The notes: generated by a model not told the origin, from the sequence alone. A stretch of DNA of 55,726 bases, filler included, from Bipalium vagum (GCA_037834085.1; 3 parts of 3 records of this genome joined end to end with filler, not necessarily neighbours in it), one strand, 5' to 3'. Shown: positions 25,891 through 39,660, counted from the first letter of the whole stretch. Made by a program: numbers and translations.

Positions 25891-27482
25891 CAGTATAACC
25901 TGCTTTAATAGAACAAAAATGGGACTGGAAAAGTTTATTCTGTTTAAACGATATAATAAGAAAAATAAAACACTAATAAAAGAAAATGTTATTACAAGTA
26001 AATTTTATTTCAAGTTAAAATATTCCCTAATTTTTTTCTGGCTCAATTTTTCCTTGAAAAGTCTATATCTGAGATCATTCTCAACGTTAAGTAAATTGAT
26101 ATAAATAACTTCATTGTAATTTTCTGTAAAAAAATATTTCTTAACTATTTTAAAGCTTATAAAACCTCAAAAATTTCAATTTCATTCGTTTTATCCAATA
26201 GTTCTATTAGGTTGTTCAAAAAATAATGTTGTTTTTTTAATATTGAACTTTGAAAGCATATGTTGTAATAAAAAAAACAAATAACTAATCAAAATAAGAT
26301 CCATTTGAATCAATACACTTTCGCTAACAAATCACAAGTCACAATATTTATCTGCCGTAATGGGATAAATATTGTTTCGCTAAAGGAGCGAAAACTCCAC
26401 TTCAAATCGATGATTTTTCTGTTTTTTTATTGAGTTCATATGGAACCTATTTTTCAAGTTTTTTCGATTTGCTAATTTCACCCAAGTGATTCCAAATGGT
26501 TCCAACAGAAACACTCATTTCTTGAGAGAGTTTTCGAACTGTTGTGCAAAGTCTTCAATTTTTCGTTTTCAATCACCGTCTTTCACTCACGACCTTCACC
26601 ATCTTCAAGTGTCTTGTCACCATCAAGAAATTTTTTTAACCAGCGTTGAAGCAACCGCTCTTTAGCTGTTCCTTCGCTTAATGCATCGTTAATATTACGA
26701 CTGGCTTCTGTTGCATTATGGCTTAGTTTATATTCATATAAAAAAATAGGTCGTAATTTTTTCTTTTCCATTTTACGTTCTATGTTAGTTAAATAATAAA
26801 AATATTATTTTAACTTTTTAGAAAAAAATAATACTACCAGAATGTAGATTGAAATCTGATTGAATTGAAAATATATAATTTAAGTAGTAAAACAAAAGAA
26901 AATTAATAATTTATTTTAATATAATTTATTTTTTTTATTTTATTATTTATTTAATAATTTATTTAAATTAACGTTAAATAAATGACTTCATGAAAACCGA
27001 CATTATTATTTGAACAACCAAATAATACAGATCCTTCGGATATTCTCAGTTCCTTCTTTAATCCCCATTACTTCCAAATCATTATGTATAACTAAATAAT
27101 CTTCTAAATCTCGTCTTGATTCAAAAAATTCGGCTAAAACATTAAATTCATTTTTAATTTTGTTCTCAATTAAAGCATTTACATCTTTAGAAGTCTCAGG
27201 AATGTTTACTTGTTGCGACAAAATTGAATGGTGAAAGCGATTATAAATAAAGAAAAACAAATTAAATATAAATTAATAATTATAAAGTTGAAACATAAAC
27301 AAAAAATCAAAATTATTAGAAGTTAAAAATCTTAAACTAAAATTTGTTCTGTTTAAACATAATCGCTTAAACAGAACAAAAAGTAATAGTAAAGATAGGA
27401 AGGCGAAAATACAGGACCGAGATTTGTTCTTTTTAAGCGATATATTCTGTATATACGGGTTTTGTTTAAGCAGGTATTAGAC
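25891..27482. mobile_element. Tigger/pogo-like non-autonomous element hosting a nested mariner
   Basis: Left TA-CAGTATAACCTGCTT; degenerate right end GTTTAAGCAGGTATTAG; GTTCTGTTTAAAC-type subterminal repeats at both ends. Confidence 0.55.
26207..27022 (-). mobile_element. Internally deleted mariner (cecropia/Hsmar1-like)
   Basis: TIRs TT(A/T)GGTTGTTCAAA flanked by TA. ORF 26583-26771 MEKKKLRPIFLYEYKLSHNATEASRNIN...QRWLKKF is a mariner N-terminal HTH. Confidence 0.9.
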
Positions 27483-28994
27483 CAAGATTAAATCTTATTT
27501 CTAGAATGAGTGATGAGAAAAATATTAATGTTAATTTTCTATGTAGAAATTGTTTAGAATTAAAATTAACTGAAGGAACAACAAATATAAAATATCCCTA
27601 ATATTCCTATATATTTATTTGTTGGTTTCAGAGAATCAGATATAGATTATAACAAAAATAATAGTTTATTTGTTCAAGAAAAATTTAAATCTTTACAAAT
27701 TCAACTTATTGATACTTATTATTCTTTGAAACCAATATACTTTATACTTTAAAGCGTTTATTAGTATGAATTCAGTAATATGCAAGTTAAAAGTTCTATT
27801 TAAAGTAAAGTGAAAGTATGCTAATATTTTTGGATCATTTATTGAGTACAATACATAAGTTATCATAGAGGTTAAAATATTTTTATTTTCCAACTATTTT
27901 AGGAGTGTTTTAATTTAATATCTTCCTAATTTTTGCCAATCTGTTTCTAATAAACATTATTTTTATTTAGAAAAAATGTTATATAAATATGGAAGAACAT
28001 TCGAACATTCAATTGGAAAATATACTATTCTATACTTCTCTTATTATCCTTACTGAATTATCAACAAATCTTACTGCAACATATGTATCCTGCTTAATAA
28101 TATCACTGGGGATTTTCCTCAAAGGATTAATATTTCTATATTGTAAAAAAAATTTTCCAACAAAAATATTTGTAATAACCTTAAATATGTTTTTTTCATT
28201 TGTTATAGATATGATTGTTATACCATCTTTACAATATATAACACTTTATGATATAATGAAATCCACTTGGTAAAGGATGATATTTTATTTTATTATTCAA
28301 AAATAAAAGTTTTATTTATTTAATATTATGAAACCCTGTAATAAAAAGTTTTATGCAAAGATTTTTCCTGCCGAACAATGTTAAGCATTTAACTCTCGAA
28401 CATTATGAGTTTTACCTTCATATCTTTTATGCATTAACACGTTATTTCTAATTCCCTTGTAAATTTCAATGAAAATGTAAGGCAATGTTCCACATAGTGA
28501 TTATTTGACAGCTTTATAAGCTCATGAGTATCAATGTTTATTGAATATAATTACTCTCTTTTAGTAACCTATAATAATAATTGAGGTAAAGCTTCTAGGT
28601 CTCTTTTGGTTTGAAAGATTTATTTCGTTGAACGTCGAAAGAATAAGTTAAACCACATAATCACAAATATTAATTTTAAGTCATCTGATCTGATCATAAT
28701 CAATGTTATAAAAATATGAACAAGAAATAAGCATTATAAATAGTTATACGTAATATTTTAAGAATGAAGTTACAGTAAATTCTTTTACGAATATTTTTAT
28801 TTAAATTATCAAATTTTTATTCATTTTATGTTTACTCTTGTCGTAAAACAGATTATATATTCTTTGCATTAACTAGAGGTATACCAGAAATATAAAAATG
28901 ATAATGAATATCAAATAGTAAATTTGGGAAAAGGCTCAATAAATATCGATGCTTAGCGTCATTTAAGTTAATACAAAAATTTTATTAACTTATA

Positions 28995-29280
28995 TATGGT
29001 GAGCACTGAAAGACTGAACTATGTAAAACAAAAATAAATTTTACAAACACGTGTATTTTTAATTTTTAATTATTTTATTTACAAATATAAGTTATGGAGT
29101 TATTTCAGGATTATGTATGAAAAACCACATCAGCCAAATGGCAACCGTTTTACTGCTCACAAATACAGACTCTTTTCAGTGTGCTTTTCATGGTAGTTCA
29201 TTAGGTTTGAAGTCTATAGTTTCGAATTTCAGCTTTAATGTTATCCTTAAAATCACAAATGGTCTTAGGTTTGTTGAATC
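28995..29280 (-). pseudogene. 3' end relic of a DD41D/rosa-like Tc1-mariner transposase
   Basis: NKPKTICDFKDNIKAEI...NGCHLADVVFHT*, followed by a TIR-like GGTGAGCACTGAAAG. Confidence 0.5.
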
Positions 29281-29852
29281 ATATTAAATATATGAAAATT
29301 TTTATTTACAATTTAAATATTTGAAAATTTATATATAACAAAGACAACTTAAAATTTATTTATGAAATTTTGCGATTTCACAAAGTATATTTTCAAAGGT
29401 ACCTTGATCATTTTTTGTATTTCTTTCACTTTACATATATTCATAAGGTTAACTATTTAAACGATCTTTCCCGACATCTTCCATTTTTTATATTTATTTT
29501 CCATATAACCTAATAAGATTCTATATTCTGTACTATATTCCAGTCTTTTTGTCGAAAGATTTTCCGAATGATTTAAAAATCGAAAATCATAAAACTTTTC
29601 CTGCATTTTTGGATAAGCGAGTCATACACTTTCAATTATTAGTAATAAAGTACCTGCGCTATGTTTTCCACACAGGTTTATAACTGATGTCCAATAGTTT
29701 TTTTTCATGTTCCGGTGTTTTACCTCTGTGATTTTTAGATTTATATCTAGAGATTAAAGAGTTTGACATGTTATACTATTTCCACCTAGCTTTATAGTAT
29801 TATTTACAAGGTAATTAGCAAATATATCTCAAAGAAATACACATATTTTAAC

Positions 29853-30900
29853 TGTAGTTGGCCCTGAAAGTCAAGTCTCATTAAAAACTGTTTTAAAGTT
29901 CTAATAGCCCATAATTATATTGCAAAAATAATAGATCTCTAGTTCGATTGCAGTCTATAGAAAAAAACAATATCGGATACTGACGGAATTATTATAGTTC
30001 ATGCATAACTAATAAATGAATTCTTTTAATAATAATAATTTTTAACAAATTTCAATGTAAATATGTGACAATTGAAATATATGACAAAGAATTTTCATAT
30101 ATTTAATATGATCCGGTTTGCTGATGTAAACCCTATCTTTCAGGTATTCCCATAAAATAGAAATCTGGAGCCGACAAGCCAGGTGAACACACAGTTTAAT
30201 TAAATTCTGAATTTTTAGAAATTATTCGTTTACCGAAAAAATTCTGAGAATTTTCAATGTGGTTTTGGTAGTGTGAGCAGTAGCTCCATCCTGTTGACTA
30301 CTTTCGATTGATGGGCGTAAAAATATTTTAAGCATTTTCTTATACAGAGCACCGTTAATTTTTTCTGAACGACCTTCCACATTTTCAAAGAAATATGAAC
30401 CGATAACTCTGCCAGTCATAACGCTGCATTTTGTGGATGCAATTGATTATTGTGTAATTCTCTAGAATTTGATATATCCCAAAATCTGTTTTTTTTATTT
30501 GGTGATGCAATCATTAAAACAGAAATGAGCTTCATGTTTTATTATCAAAATACTCAAAAATTGATTGTTATCTTTTTGCATTTGCTGAATTTGTATAGCA
30601 CACAGCAAGCTCTTATGACATTGATTTTCAAAGATTGGACCATTTGAATTTTGTTTTAAATCCAATTGCTAAATCTTCTGAAGTGATGTTTTCGATATGC
30701 CTACTTGAGAAGATCGACGACCATTAGATGCAAATGGAGTGTGAAGTACACTTCGATGTACACATTGGACAGCTGTGTCATTATACATAGTCCAACAAGG
30801 ATATCTTCCGGGAAGATTTGTGACTGATCTAGTATTTTCAAAACAAGCGATTAGGTAACTAATCATGTGTGTGGTAGGGGATTTTTTATTTTAAAATTTC
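29853..30900 (-). mobile_element. Decayed DD41D/rosa-like (DUF4817-type) transposon
   Basis: FENTRSVTNLP...RRSSQVGISKTSLQKI; VIGSYFFE..QQDGATAHT; PDF..WEYLKDRVY. Confidence 0.75.
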
Positions 30901-30990
30901 AGATATCTTCTTTGTGTTAAAATAATAGACACAGAATAATAGAATAGAATTACTCTATTAGTTTTACTTGGTGTTGAATGTCATATATAC

Positions 30991-31289
30991 TGTTGGCACA
31001 ACTATTGCCTAGCTCACCTGACCAACACTGAGGTTGCTATTGGGTTACCTAAAGAGCTCGTTAACTCAACTCTAAGAAAACACAAAAAACTGCTCTAAAA
31101 ATGTATTAAATAACATGAGGGTGAGACTCTTCTTAATTTACGACAATCAAACTGCGACAGTAGTCAATAGCAAGCAGGCTGCCAACACTCGACAGTGAAA
31201 AACAAAATCAACAAACTGCTCAGGCAGTCTCAACAACCACAAGCACTCCCTAATTAAAGGCTGTTCCAGGGAAAACCATGATCAGCAAA
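30991..31289 (+). repeat. Dispersed repeat (LTR-like start TGTTGG), copy 2
   Basis: Homologous to 5060-5270 with internal indels. Confidence 0.7.
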
Positions 31290-31799
31290 GATATAATTTT
31301 TAAAAAACATACTTAGAGATCTATTTTTTGCATATTGCTTATTTGTAACAATTCTTATTTGTAAAAAATGTATTTAGTTAGTGTAAATAATTTCAGAATA
31401 TTTTCAAATTTATAAATTTTATTCTATTTTAGTTAATAAATGGTAAATTGTGTAATTTTTCATTATTATTTTAGAATGACTTGTAAATGTATTAATTTAA
31501 AATTTACTAAAATCATCATATAATTTTATTTTTAAAAATAAGTTAATAAAATTATTGTGAAAGTAATTTAAAGTATTAAAATATTGTTTTAAATCACTAC
31601 CATTTAACCTTTTAAAATTGCTAGATTTTGAATTTCTTATAGCATTAATTTTATTTATTATTTTAAATGATATAGATTTTCTAGTTCTTATATCGTTTCA
31701 TGAATCATTTCGTGAAAAAAAATTATATTATTAAAGGAAATAAATTTGCAAAACAGTATTTAAAAATGTATATTTATATGTTTAATTACTGTAAATTAG

Positions 31800-34700
31800 A
31801 TTGCAAACTAAAGATTTCGATGAAGCGAAAAACAACGAGCAGATCTTTTTTAATCAAATTTTGAAAGGGATTATAAATATTAATGAAATCACTGATCCTC
31901 AACCACGGGAGTTGAGAATATTTATCAGTTCAACGTTTTTAGATTTTAAGGTATTGAAATTGTCAATTATTGCTGTAAACGGTATTTTATCATTTGAACT
32001 GTTTCATAGCACTTATTATTATGAAACAAAATTTCAATAAATAATATGTTCAATAATTGCATTTTTTACACACGACTGGATTTTATGATTATTTAAATAT
32101 CTTATTTTAGATGAGATGTTCTGAAATAATTTGTATCATTTCTGCCGTATAGAATTTCAAATGCCGATTTTACAACCATCAGTATTTCACAGTATTACAG
32201 ACCAGGAATATTGGAAAACTTAAATTAATTTGATTCACAAATCTTGTCAATTTATTCAATTTTTCCTGATTTATCTTATTATTCTCAGTTTTGTAGGATA
32301 TTATTTCAGAATACTGAAAATGTGTTAAAATTAAAAATAAACTTTATTTATTAAATCAACATAAAGCTCCAATACTATATAAAAATTGTTTCTAAAATTC
32401 TAATTTCCGTCTGATCATGTATTTTTCAGTATTAATTAAGAATGATGTTACATATTTTCTTTAAAATATCTAGGGGTTTAGTATTACAAAAATTATTTCT
32501 AACAATATTTAAAACAAATTTAATTATCACACCATGGAATTTTCAATTCTGTATTATTTTAAAATTTGTTGATTTATTTTAATTATTTAATTTATATAAT
32601 TAATTAATGATTTTATATCATATTGATATTTAATTATTTAAATCATGAGTTTAAAATTAAAATTCTCTTAACATGAAAGTAAGAAGAAATCAATTTTTTT
32701 CACTATTTACAATACCATTCTGTCTTTCTGATAGACTTAAAAAAACCCAGATTTTTGAGTTATATTAATTACATTTAACATTTAAAGAAATATTATTTTT
32801 AATTCTAGAAGATTTGAACACTGGAAAAGAAATATTAATATATTATAGATAATTGAGAATAGTAGTTAGTGATTGAAATCTACCTAGGTTCTGTTTTAGT
32901 ATTTTCTTATAATTACATATATAATCTTTTAATTTTACAATCTGGATAAGCTTTCCTGATCAAACCCTCTGTGTTACACCTTGAATAAGACAATTCTTGT
33001 ACTTTTCTTTATAGCAACTATTATTGGATGTTTATTTATTAATTTTTTCTACAAATTAATATTTTAAAACTTATTATTCTCAGTTCTTTTATCATCAACA
33101 CATCTACAAAGGATAATTTATTTTATTTTTTAATAGTAAATTCAATATGGCCATGGAGATTATTTATGTATTCCAGAAATCGATCAAATTGTTTCAATGA
33201 TGATTTTAACATTCGCTGTCGACTCAACATGAAAAGTCAAATAATTGCTTCAAGCTGAATTATTATTGACGTTTTATTATCACTTTAATATAAAGAGAAA
33301 TACATACTTAAATCTTTTCCAATATGGTTGCATTCTTGAAAAGTCTTGGATATGCTTGAAATATCAAATGATAACATACGATATTTCTTAGAATTTCCCT
33401 CACAACTATTTATAGAATTGGAGAACTCACTTTCACTTAATGTTTGATTTCCATAAATGGTTGTCTAAATTTTTAAATTACTTTTGGTACTTTACATTGA
33501 GCACAATTTATCATCAAAAAGAATTATATTACTCATCGGTTATCTTTGTCATACAATCCATATAATTTCAATAAAAACACAAAACTTTTATGAAATAAAT
33601 TTTTTTTCAATGTTATTTATAATATTAAATTGGTTCCGTATTTTTAGATTGAAAGATATCTCTTTATCTCAAAGGTCATTCCTGAAATCCAATTAATATG
33701 TAGATCATATGGACTAAAATTATATTTCTGTGATATGCGATTAGGAATTACAGATTCCGCTATAAATGAACATCTTGTAGAAAAATTGTGTATTAAAGAA
33801 ATTAATACCAACCCAAAAACCTCTATTGGATCTATTTTTGTGGTTATTTTTTTTTAAATTTATTTTTTAAAATATGGAAAAATTTTGGATTTTAATAATA
33901 AATTTAAAAATTAACTTTGTCAGTAATAAATTTAAGATTTTTTATATTCATATGCATATAGGAGTATTTCGAAATACTTCATAAAATCATTTAATTTGAG
34001 CACCATTTTAACCACTTTTATATTATTATTTTATATTTTCAGTTATTAATTGGAAATCGATATGGATATAAGCCTATGCCTAATGAGATTCCCAGTTCTG
34101 AATTCGATATGTTATATAAAATTATTTCAGAAAAATTTTCAAAGGATACTGATTTATTTATGAAGTGGTTTCGAAAAGATGAAAATGCCGAGCCTAATGT
34201 TCACATTTTATTGGTAAGATATTTATTTATTGAAATTTCAATGGTAATAAAAATCTAAATAATAAATATAATAATAGTAAATTAAAATAATAATAAAAAA
34301 ATAATAACAATTACAATAAATAAAAAAAATAAAAAATTAAATTAAATAAAATTTAAAAAAATCCTTTGATGTATAATGCAAGCATAATTAAAGTGGATAA
34401 TAAAAGAATAAGTAGTGTTGTATTTGACGAGGCATTACAGTCACAATAAAAAAATTCATCAATGTATCCAAATGTTATATCTTCAAATTCAATTAATAAA
34501 AAATGAGTTTGTCTCCAAATAATGTGTCTGTGCTGTAAAAGAATCTATAGAAACAAATGTACAATATCGGATATTGATTCTAATGGTTAAGAAAATATGA
34601 ATTTTGAATTAAAGGTATATGTGATATAAAAAAATTTTCATAAGAAATGATGTGCCAACTTTGTAAATATAAGAGGCGTTAGAAAGAGTCGATTTTGTAG

Positions 34701-37003
34701 TAAAGAAGACAGGTAAATAGTTTTCAATAAACTTAATACTTTTTGAATTTTAAAGAATGATTGAGAACTTAGGAAGATATTTTGATGTTATGTGCCTGAA
34801 GTTTGTTACTGAATTTTTATATATCAGCTTGTCAAATATGACAGTTGTATGATGAAATAATAAGTATATTGATAATTAAAAATACAAGGAATTATCTTAT
34901 TCATCAAAGCATGCATCCACATTGTCTAAACACCTGTTCCATTTAAACGAAAGTTTGTTCAGATCATATATGGCGAGTGAGAGTCAATTAATTCCTGGAA
35001 GACCAGTTTTACATAATATTCGGATTGAATAGTTTTCAAATAAAAAAGTTTCGGAAGAAATAGTAGTCAATTGGGTCTATGTCTAGTGAGTATGGAAGGT
35101 GATTAAAAGTCAAAATTTCAATGACTGTAATTTTACCAGTCATTTGTGCTGTTCGCAGTTATCAGCGTTATCATGCAATAAGGTAAGAGTTGGGGTATTG
35201 AATGTGGTGTTTTTCTTTAAGGTTTTTCCTTATTTTTACCAGTTGATTATATTATATTTCTGCTTTGATGATAAACCTGGTATAATGAATTCCTAAGGAA
35301 TCGAGTGTCACTCACCAACAGCTTATTTTAATAAATATGCTTATAGTTCAATTTGTCAAACAACTATGGTTAACGTTTACTATTGTCATATATGATCTAA
35401 TTTTCAACTCAAGTGACAATTCGGATTAGAGATGGATCAGATTTGTCATGAGAAGGCTACAACAATGATTTTTGCAAACTATTTTATTATTTTTTTCATG
35501 AAGTTCATGTGGAACCCATTTATCTATCTTCTTCACCTTTCTAAATGATTTAACATTGTTTGTCTGCAAACACCAAACTTTTCAGACAATTAATAGTCAC
35601 TCTAAGATATGTTAATCACAAAAGTTATCTTTAATTTGTCATTACGAACTTTTGATTCGAGGCGACCACTATTCTCAGTTGTGAAGTCAAAATTATCTGT
35701 ATGAAATATGGTGAATCAATTTAATATTGTCTGTTGTGTAGTAACAGTGTAGTGAAATACTAATATTTAGGGCGATCTGTGATGCTATTGTGTCATAAAA
35801 AATAAAATTCATAATGGTGCGCATTTCAGATATATTCATTTGAAATAAAATTGATTAATTAAAAAAATTGATTACTATTTTTTCACTTTACAAAGATTAC
35901 TTTAGGCGAAATATGTAAATTACTAACAAAAAACTTTTGTTAAAATATTAACTCAATGTTAAGTAATTAGCTATTAAAGTTGACATGATTAACCAAAACT
36001 TTCATGCTGGGCGACCAAGCACGATATTTAAAATTCTTTAAAGTCATTTTCACTTTTCCTTAAGTTTTAGATGTATAAAAATTGCTTATATTTTATTGAA
36101 AAAGTAATTCTCAGTATTCAAGCTTAGGATTTAAAATATTGATAATAATAAAAATATTTTATATCCTTATACATAGAAATATATAGATAATTTATTCAAA
36201 AGAAAAATAAAGAGAAAAATTTTTTTAAAATGGGACTTATCATTATAATACGCATTCGTTGGGAAACAATATTGGAAGTCAAAAGAGCTGCTTTGGATTG
36301 GTTCAAAATAAAGGATAAAATTTTTTATAGACATGGTTTAGAACGCTGGCGACACCATATGGAAAAGTGTTATGAGTTAGATGGTTCATATGTAGAAAAA
36401 TAAATTTGTATTATGTACTTTGTTTTGATTTTTATGATTATTCCGGGAACTTTTTGATTCACCCTCGTAGTATAAAGTGAATATTTATTTTCACAAATAA
36501 TTAATAAAAAAGCGAAAAAATTCAAAAGCAAGAGAAAGTATCCTATCCATCCTGTGAAAAAAATAAATGTCTTTATTTAAATTTCTAGTTTTACAAATTT
36601 TATTATATTCGACTGAAAATACTGCCAAGTTATAATAAATCTGTTTCTAAGTTTTTAATTTAATATATATTATATATAATTTAATATTGATGATGTTGAG
36701 ATATTTATTTATAATTTCCTTATTTAGCCTATCAAAACTTATATTCCAAATTATATCAATTATCAAGATGAAGTAAAACGAAGAGAATCTGGTCATGATT
36801 GGTGGAATGTAGAAGAGAGACTGAGAAAATGTTTGAAGAAGACCTGTAAAATTGCATATTTAAATGGAAATTTATCTAAAGATAGACAGAGTGAATTAAC
36901 TAGAAGCGTAGCGGAATCCGAATTTTGGAATGCCCTTCAAGGAACTGATTCAAAAATTGATAAACAAAAATGCTGCAAATGTCTGGTTTATGAACGACAA
37001 TTG
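31800..37003 (+). CDS. NWD1/NWD2-like (DUF4062-NACHT-WD40 family) gene, partial; N-terminal DUF4062 region
   Basis: Exons 31800-31950, 33648-33842, 34043-34213 and 36728-37003 (AG/GT; the three introns between them are phase 0). They join to LRIFISSTFLDFK-IERYLF..CDMRLGITD..HLVEKLCIKEI..SIGSIFV-LLIGNRYGYKPMP..EF..KWFRKDENAEPNVHILL-PIK. Truncated by the contig end; 5' exons are unresolved. Confidence 0.88.
34880..35830 (-). pseudogene. Decayed mariner transposase in an intron
   Basis: KWVPHEL, LLHDNA, HLPYSLDIDPIDYYFFR and KWNRCLD motifs with many lesions. Confidence 0.8.
36250..36467 (+). mobile_element. Mariner (irritans-like) 3' fragment with TIR
   Basis: EVKRAALDWF..FYRHGLERWRHHMEKCYELDGSYVEK*, then GGAACTTTTTGATTCACCCTCG-TA. 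Confidence 0.8.
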
Positions 37004-37042
37004 GTTAGTCTCTTGATTTATTGTTATAATTTTTTATTATTA

Positions 37043-37275
37043 TAGTGCGTTGCATAATCTTAGCCGCACCTGAAATTCTGGACGGCCTGGTGACTTCTTC
37101 GATCCGTAATTATCAACATTCTTTAAATAATTCCTAACCACTTTATCATTTCTGTTGATTAGGCGTCCGATTTCTCTGAAACTTTTACCACTATGTTAAA
37201 AAGCGGCAATTTGCCCTTTTTCAAACTCGGATAGTGATTTTCCTTTAGCCATATCTAATATATCAATCATTAATC
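37043..37275 (-). mobile_element. Internally deleted Tc3/Tc1-like element, cut by the contig edge
   Basis: TIR (C>T)AGTGCGTTGCATAATCTTAGCCGCACC; ATG at 37252 gives MAKGKSLSEFEKGQIAAF..SFREIGRLINR..SPGRP. Confidence 0.75.
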
Positions 37276-37375
37276 NNNNNNNNNNNNNNNNNNNNNNNNN
37301 NNNNNNNNNNNNNNNNNNNTTAATTAATTAANNNNNNNNNNNNNNNNNNNNNNNNNNNNNNNNNNNNNNNNNNNN
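37276..37375. other. Artificial contig linker (N44-TTAATTAATTAA-N44)
   Basis: Same 100-nt design as 20307-20406. Confidence 0.97.
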
Positions 37376-37450
37376 TTAAACTCTTTCAGTTATCTTTTGT
37401 TTTAGATTAATACCATTTTAAAATCCCGGAGTGACTTATCGAACACCCTG
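37376..37450. mobile_element. Terminal fragment of a Tc1/mariner element inserted at a TA inside the adjacent Tc1 copy
   Basis: Ends GACTTATCGAACACCCTG-TA; the sequence after the TA resumes mid-transposase of the 6369-7697 family. Confidence 0.6.
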
Positions 37451-37977
37451 TACTTACTGTTTCACACAAAAAAGATCGATGTATTGAATATAGATTTGAA
37501 ATAGAAAGAAATCAAAATTTATTCTTCTATAGTTCGCAGACGCCTCATCGCAGCTAATCGTCACACTAAAAGACCTGTCAAAAACAACTTTCAACAAAAA
37601 CAATGAAATTTGGCAAAAAAATACAAGAATTGGACAATAAAACAATGTAGAAAAGTTCTTTTTAGTGATGGGAGCCATTTCTTGTACAAGGTCAGAGAAG
37701 TCAATATATTCGTCTGTCACCCGGAGAGAAGCTTCGCGATTGCCACATAGATCAGCCTGTCAAACATCGGTTAAAGAAGATGTTTTAGGGATTTTTCTTA
37801 TTATGGTATCTAAAACTTGCAACCGATCGAAGGAAAGATGTGTTCACAACAATATGTTGAAGTTCTCCAGAAAGCAGTTGTTATGTAAAATACACTATGT
37901 ACAATTTTAATTGAATAAAAAAATTCACTGTTATTATTTATTTTTATTTGTTGTTTCAATTAATTTTCACAAGGGTG
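37451..37977 (+). mobile_element. Deleted second copy of the 6369-7697 Tc1 family
   Basis: Colinear with ~6773-7235; same right TIR TTGTTTCAATTAATTTTCACAAG.GTG. Confidence 0.88.
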
Positions 37978-38137
37978 AATCTTTGGCAAACCCAGCATAA
38001 CACAAATTCAGTCTTTAAAATCGATAGCTTTTACCTTACTAAAGACCTACTGTCACTATAAGACAAATATTCAAGAGAAAAAATAAAGTATTGGTGATAC
38101 ATCAAAGGTTTTAATAATAACTCAATATAAAATGGTA

Positions 38138-38760
38138 CAGGGTGGGCGCTGGAAGACAGAAGGACTTTAATCTAAAATAAATTTCAGTAAAACAAATTTA
38201 TTTTAAATCAAAATAGTTTATTTGAAAGATACAAGCTTAGAACTTAAGTTTTTCTAAATCCGGAAAATAATGTGTCTTTTAAATGACCACCATTTTCTTG
38301 CTCACAAAGAATTACACTTTTAGGACATTTTCCATTTCTGCATCCAATATTTCCGAGTCAAGAGACGTATTTTACCAACCTGAGCAGATCGTTGAAGTGT
38401 TGGAGTTATTGGATGTTCTTGAACGCTTCGCCGCACATATTCGACCATCAATTCAGTACGCACGGTTTTCCCTGGACCCTTCTTAGTAAGATCTGCAAAA
38501 GATCTAGTTTCTTCAAATCGTTTATTTAAATTTCTAATCATGTTGTCACTGGGAGCTTCTTTAACATGGAAGTGTCTTCGGTAGTTTCTCTGCGTTTGAA
38601 TGATTGACTTTCTATTTGAGCAGAAAAATCCAACAATTTTAGCCTCGTGAAACAATACCTTGAATGTGTACTGTGCTCAGTTAGAGAGAACTGAATATAA
38701 AATTGGTGAAATAGCCATTTGTGGCAAACAAAAACAAAGTTATTATTCATCAAATTAATC
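38138..38760 (-). mobile_element. Internally deleted DUF4817/DD41D-like Tc1-mariner element
   Basis: TA-CAGGGTGGGCGC TIR; ORF 38320-38655 SIIQTQRNYRRHF..APSDNMIRNLNKRFEETRSFAD..GKTVRT. Confidence 0.75.
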
Positions 38761-39562
38761 TACAGCAGCATAGCGCAAAGAAGACAGACCAAAAGACATT
38801 GGTTTTCTACAGTCCGGACATCAAAACTACTGTAAAAAGTCTGTAACGTACAATGCAAGGCTTCTCCATTTTCGTCTCTTATCAGACTATATATATCTTC
38901 CAATCTAAGAAATTTTTGATTCCAAGCCAGTAAGTCTTATAAAGATAGCATCATGAAATTGCTTTGTAAATGGAGTGACATGGTTGAACAGGTAAGTTTT
39001 AAACAGTGTTGCATTTTATAAATTTTTTTTGTAGAATCTATGGTAAAATGTTGTGGGAGTGAGCTTTCATTGACTAAATCAAATGAAAAGCTCTTAGTAA
39101 AAGTAATAACCCACCGAGAAATTATCAAAACAAAAATTGTAAATCTTTATTGATTCAAGTTTTTGAGTAGCGCAGTTTTCTTCATCCAAAAATGTCAATT
39201 AGCTGTTCACGAATAATGCTATCGTCTCCTTTCTCATCATAGACTTCGTCAACCCTTTCCTGTTCATCTTCAAAAAAGTTGATTGCTGTCTTCATGAATA
39301 GACCACTAATTGCGGAAACTGGAACGGTTCGGATCAATTCCCAAGCAAATATTTTGAGAATGAGTATACCATTATTTCTTGGTTTATGATGAATTACAAA
39401 TTCATTTCACTTTGGTAACACAATTCTTGTAGGAGATGGGCAACGAGTTAATTAACTTTAAAATTGACAAACGTTTTAAAAGTATTAAAATGTACTACTT
39501 ATAACAGTGAGTAGACAGGTTTGAATTTTGATATCTAAAGAGAGAATATGAAGAGCTCCTCA

Positions 39563-39660
39563 GGCAGGCATAGCTTGCTGGTTACTTCTGATTCCGAATG
39601 CTAATGAAAATTGACTTTCGATTTGCTTCTCTCTAACCGTAAGCGCAAACCTGTCTTTTT
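39563..39660 (+). ncRNA. Vault-RNA-like Pol III small RNA, copy 1 (93 nt + T5)
   Basis: 5' GGCAGG-CATA-GCTTGC-T-GGTTACTTC ... TAACC-GTAAGC-GCAAA-CCTGTC-TTTTT. Terminal panhandle, box-A-like TAGCTTGCTGG and oligo-T terminator. Confidence 0.75.

Noticed and set aside
27989-28273. 94-aa ORF and other short AT-rich ORFs in the track
   Set aside because: Low-complexity F/I/L/K composition expected by chance; no recognisable domain.
31800-37003. TEP1 (vault component) next to vault-like RNAs
   Set aside because: The motifs fit NWD1/NWD2-type DUF4062 proteins and no TROVE/vWA region is seen. The gene is also on a different contig from the RNA cluster.
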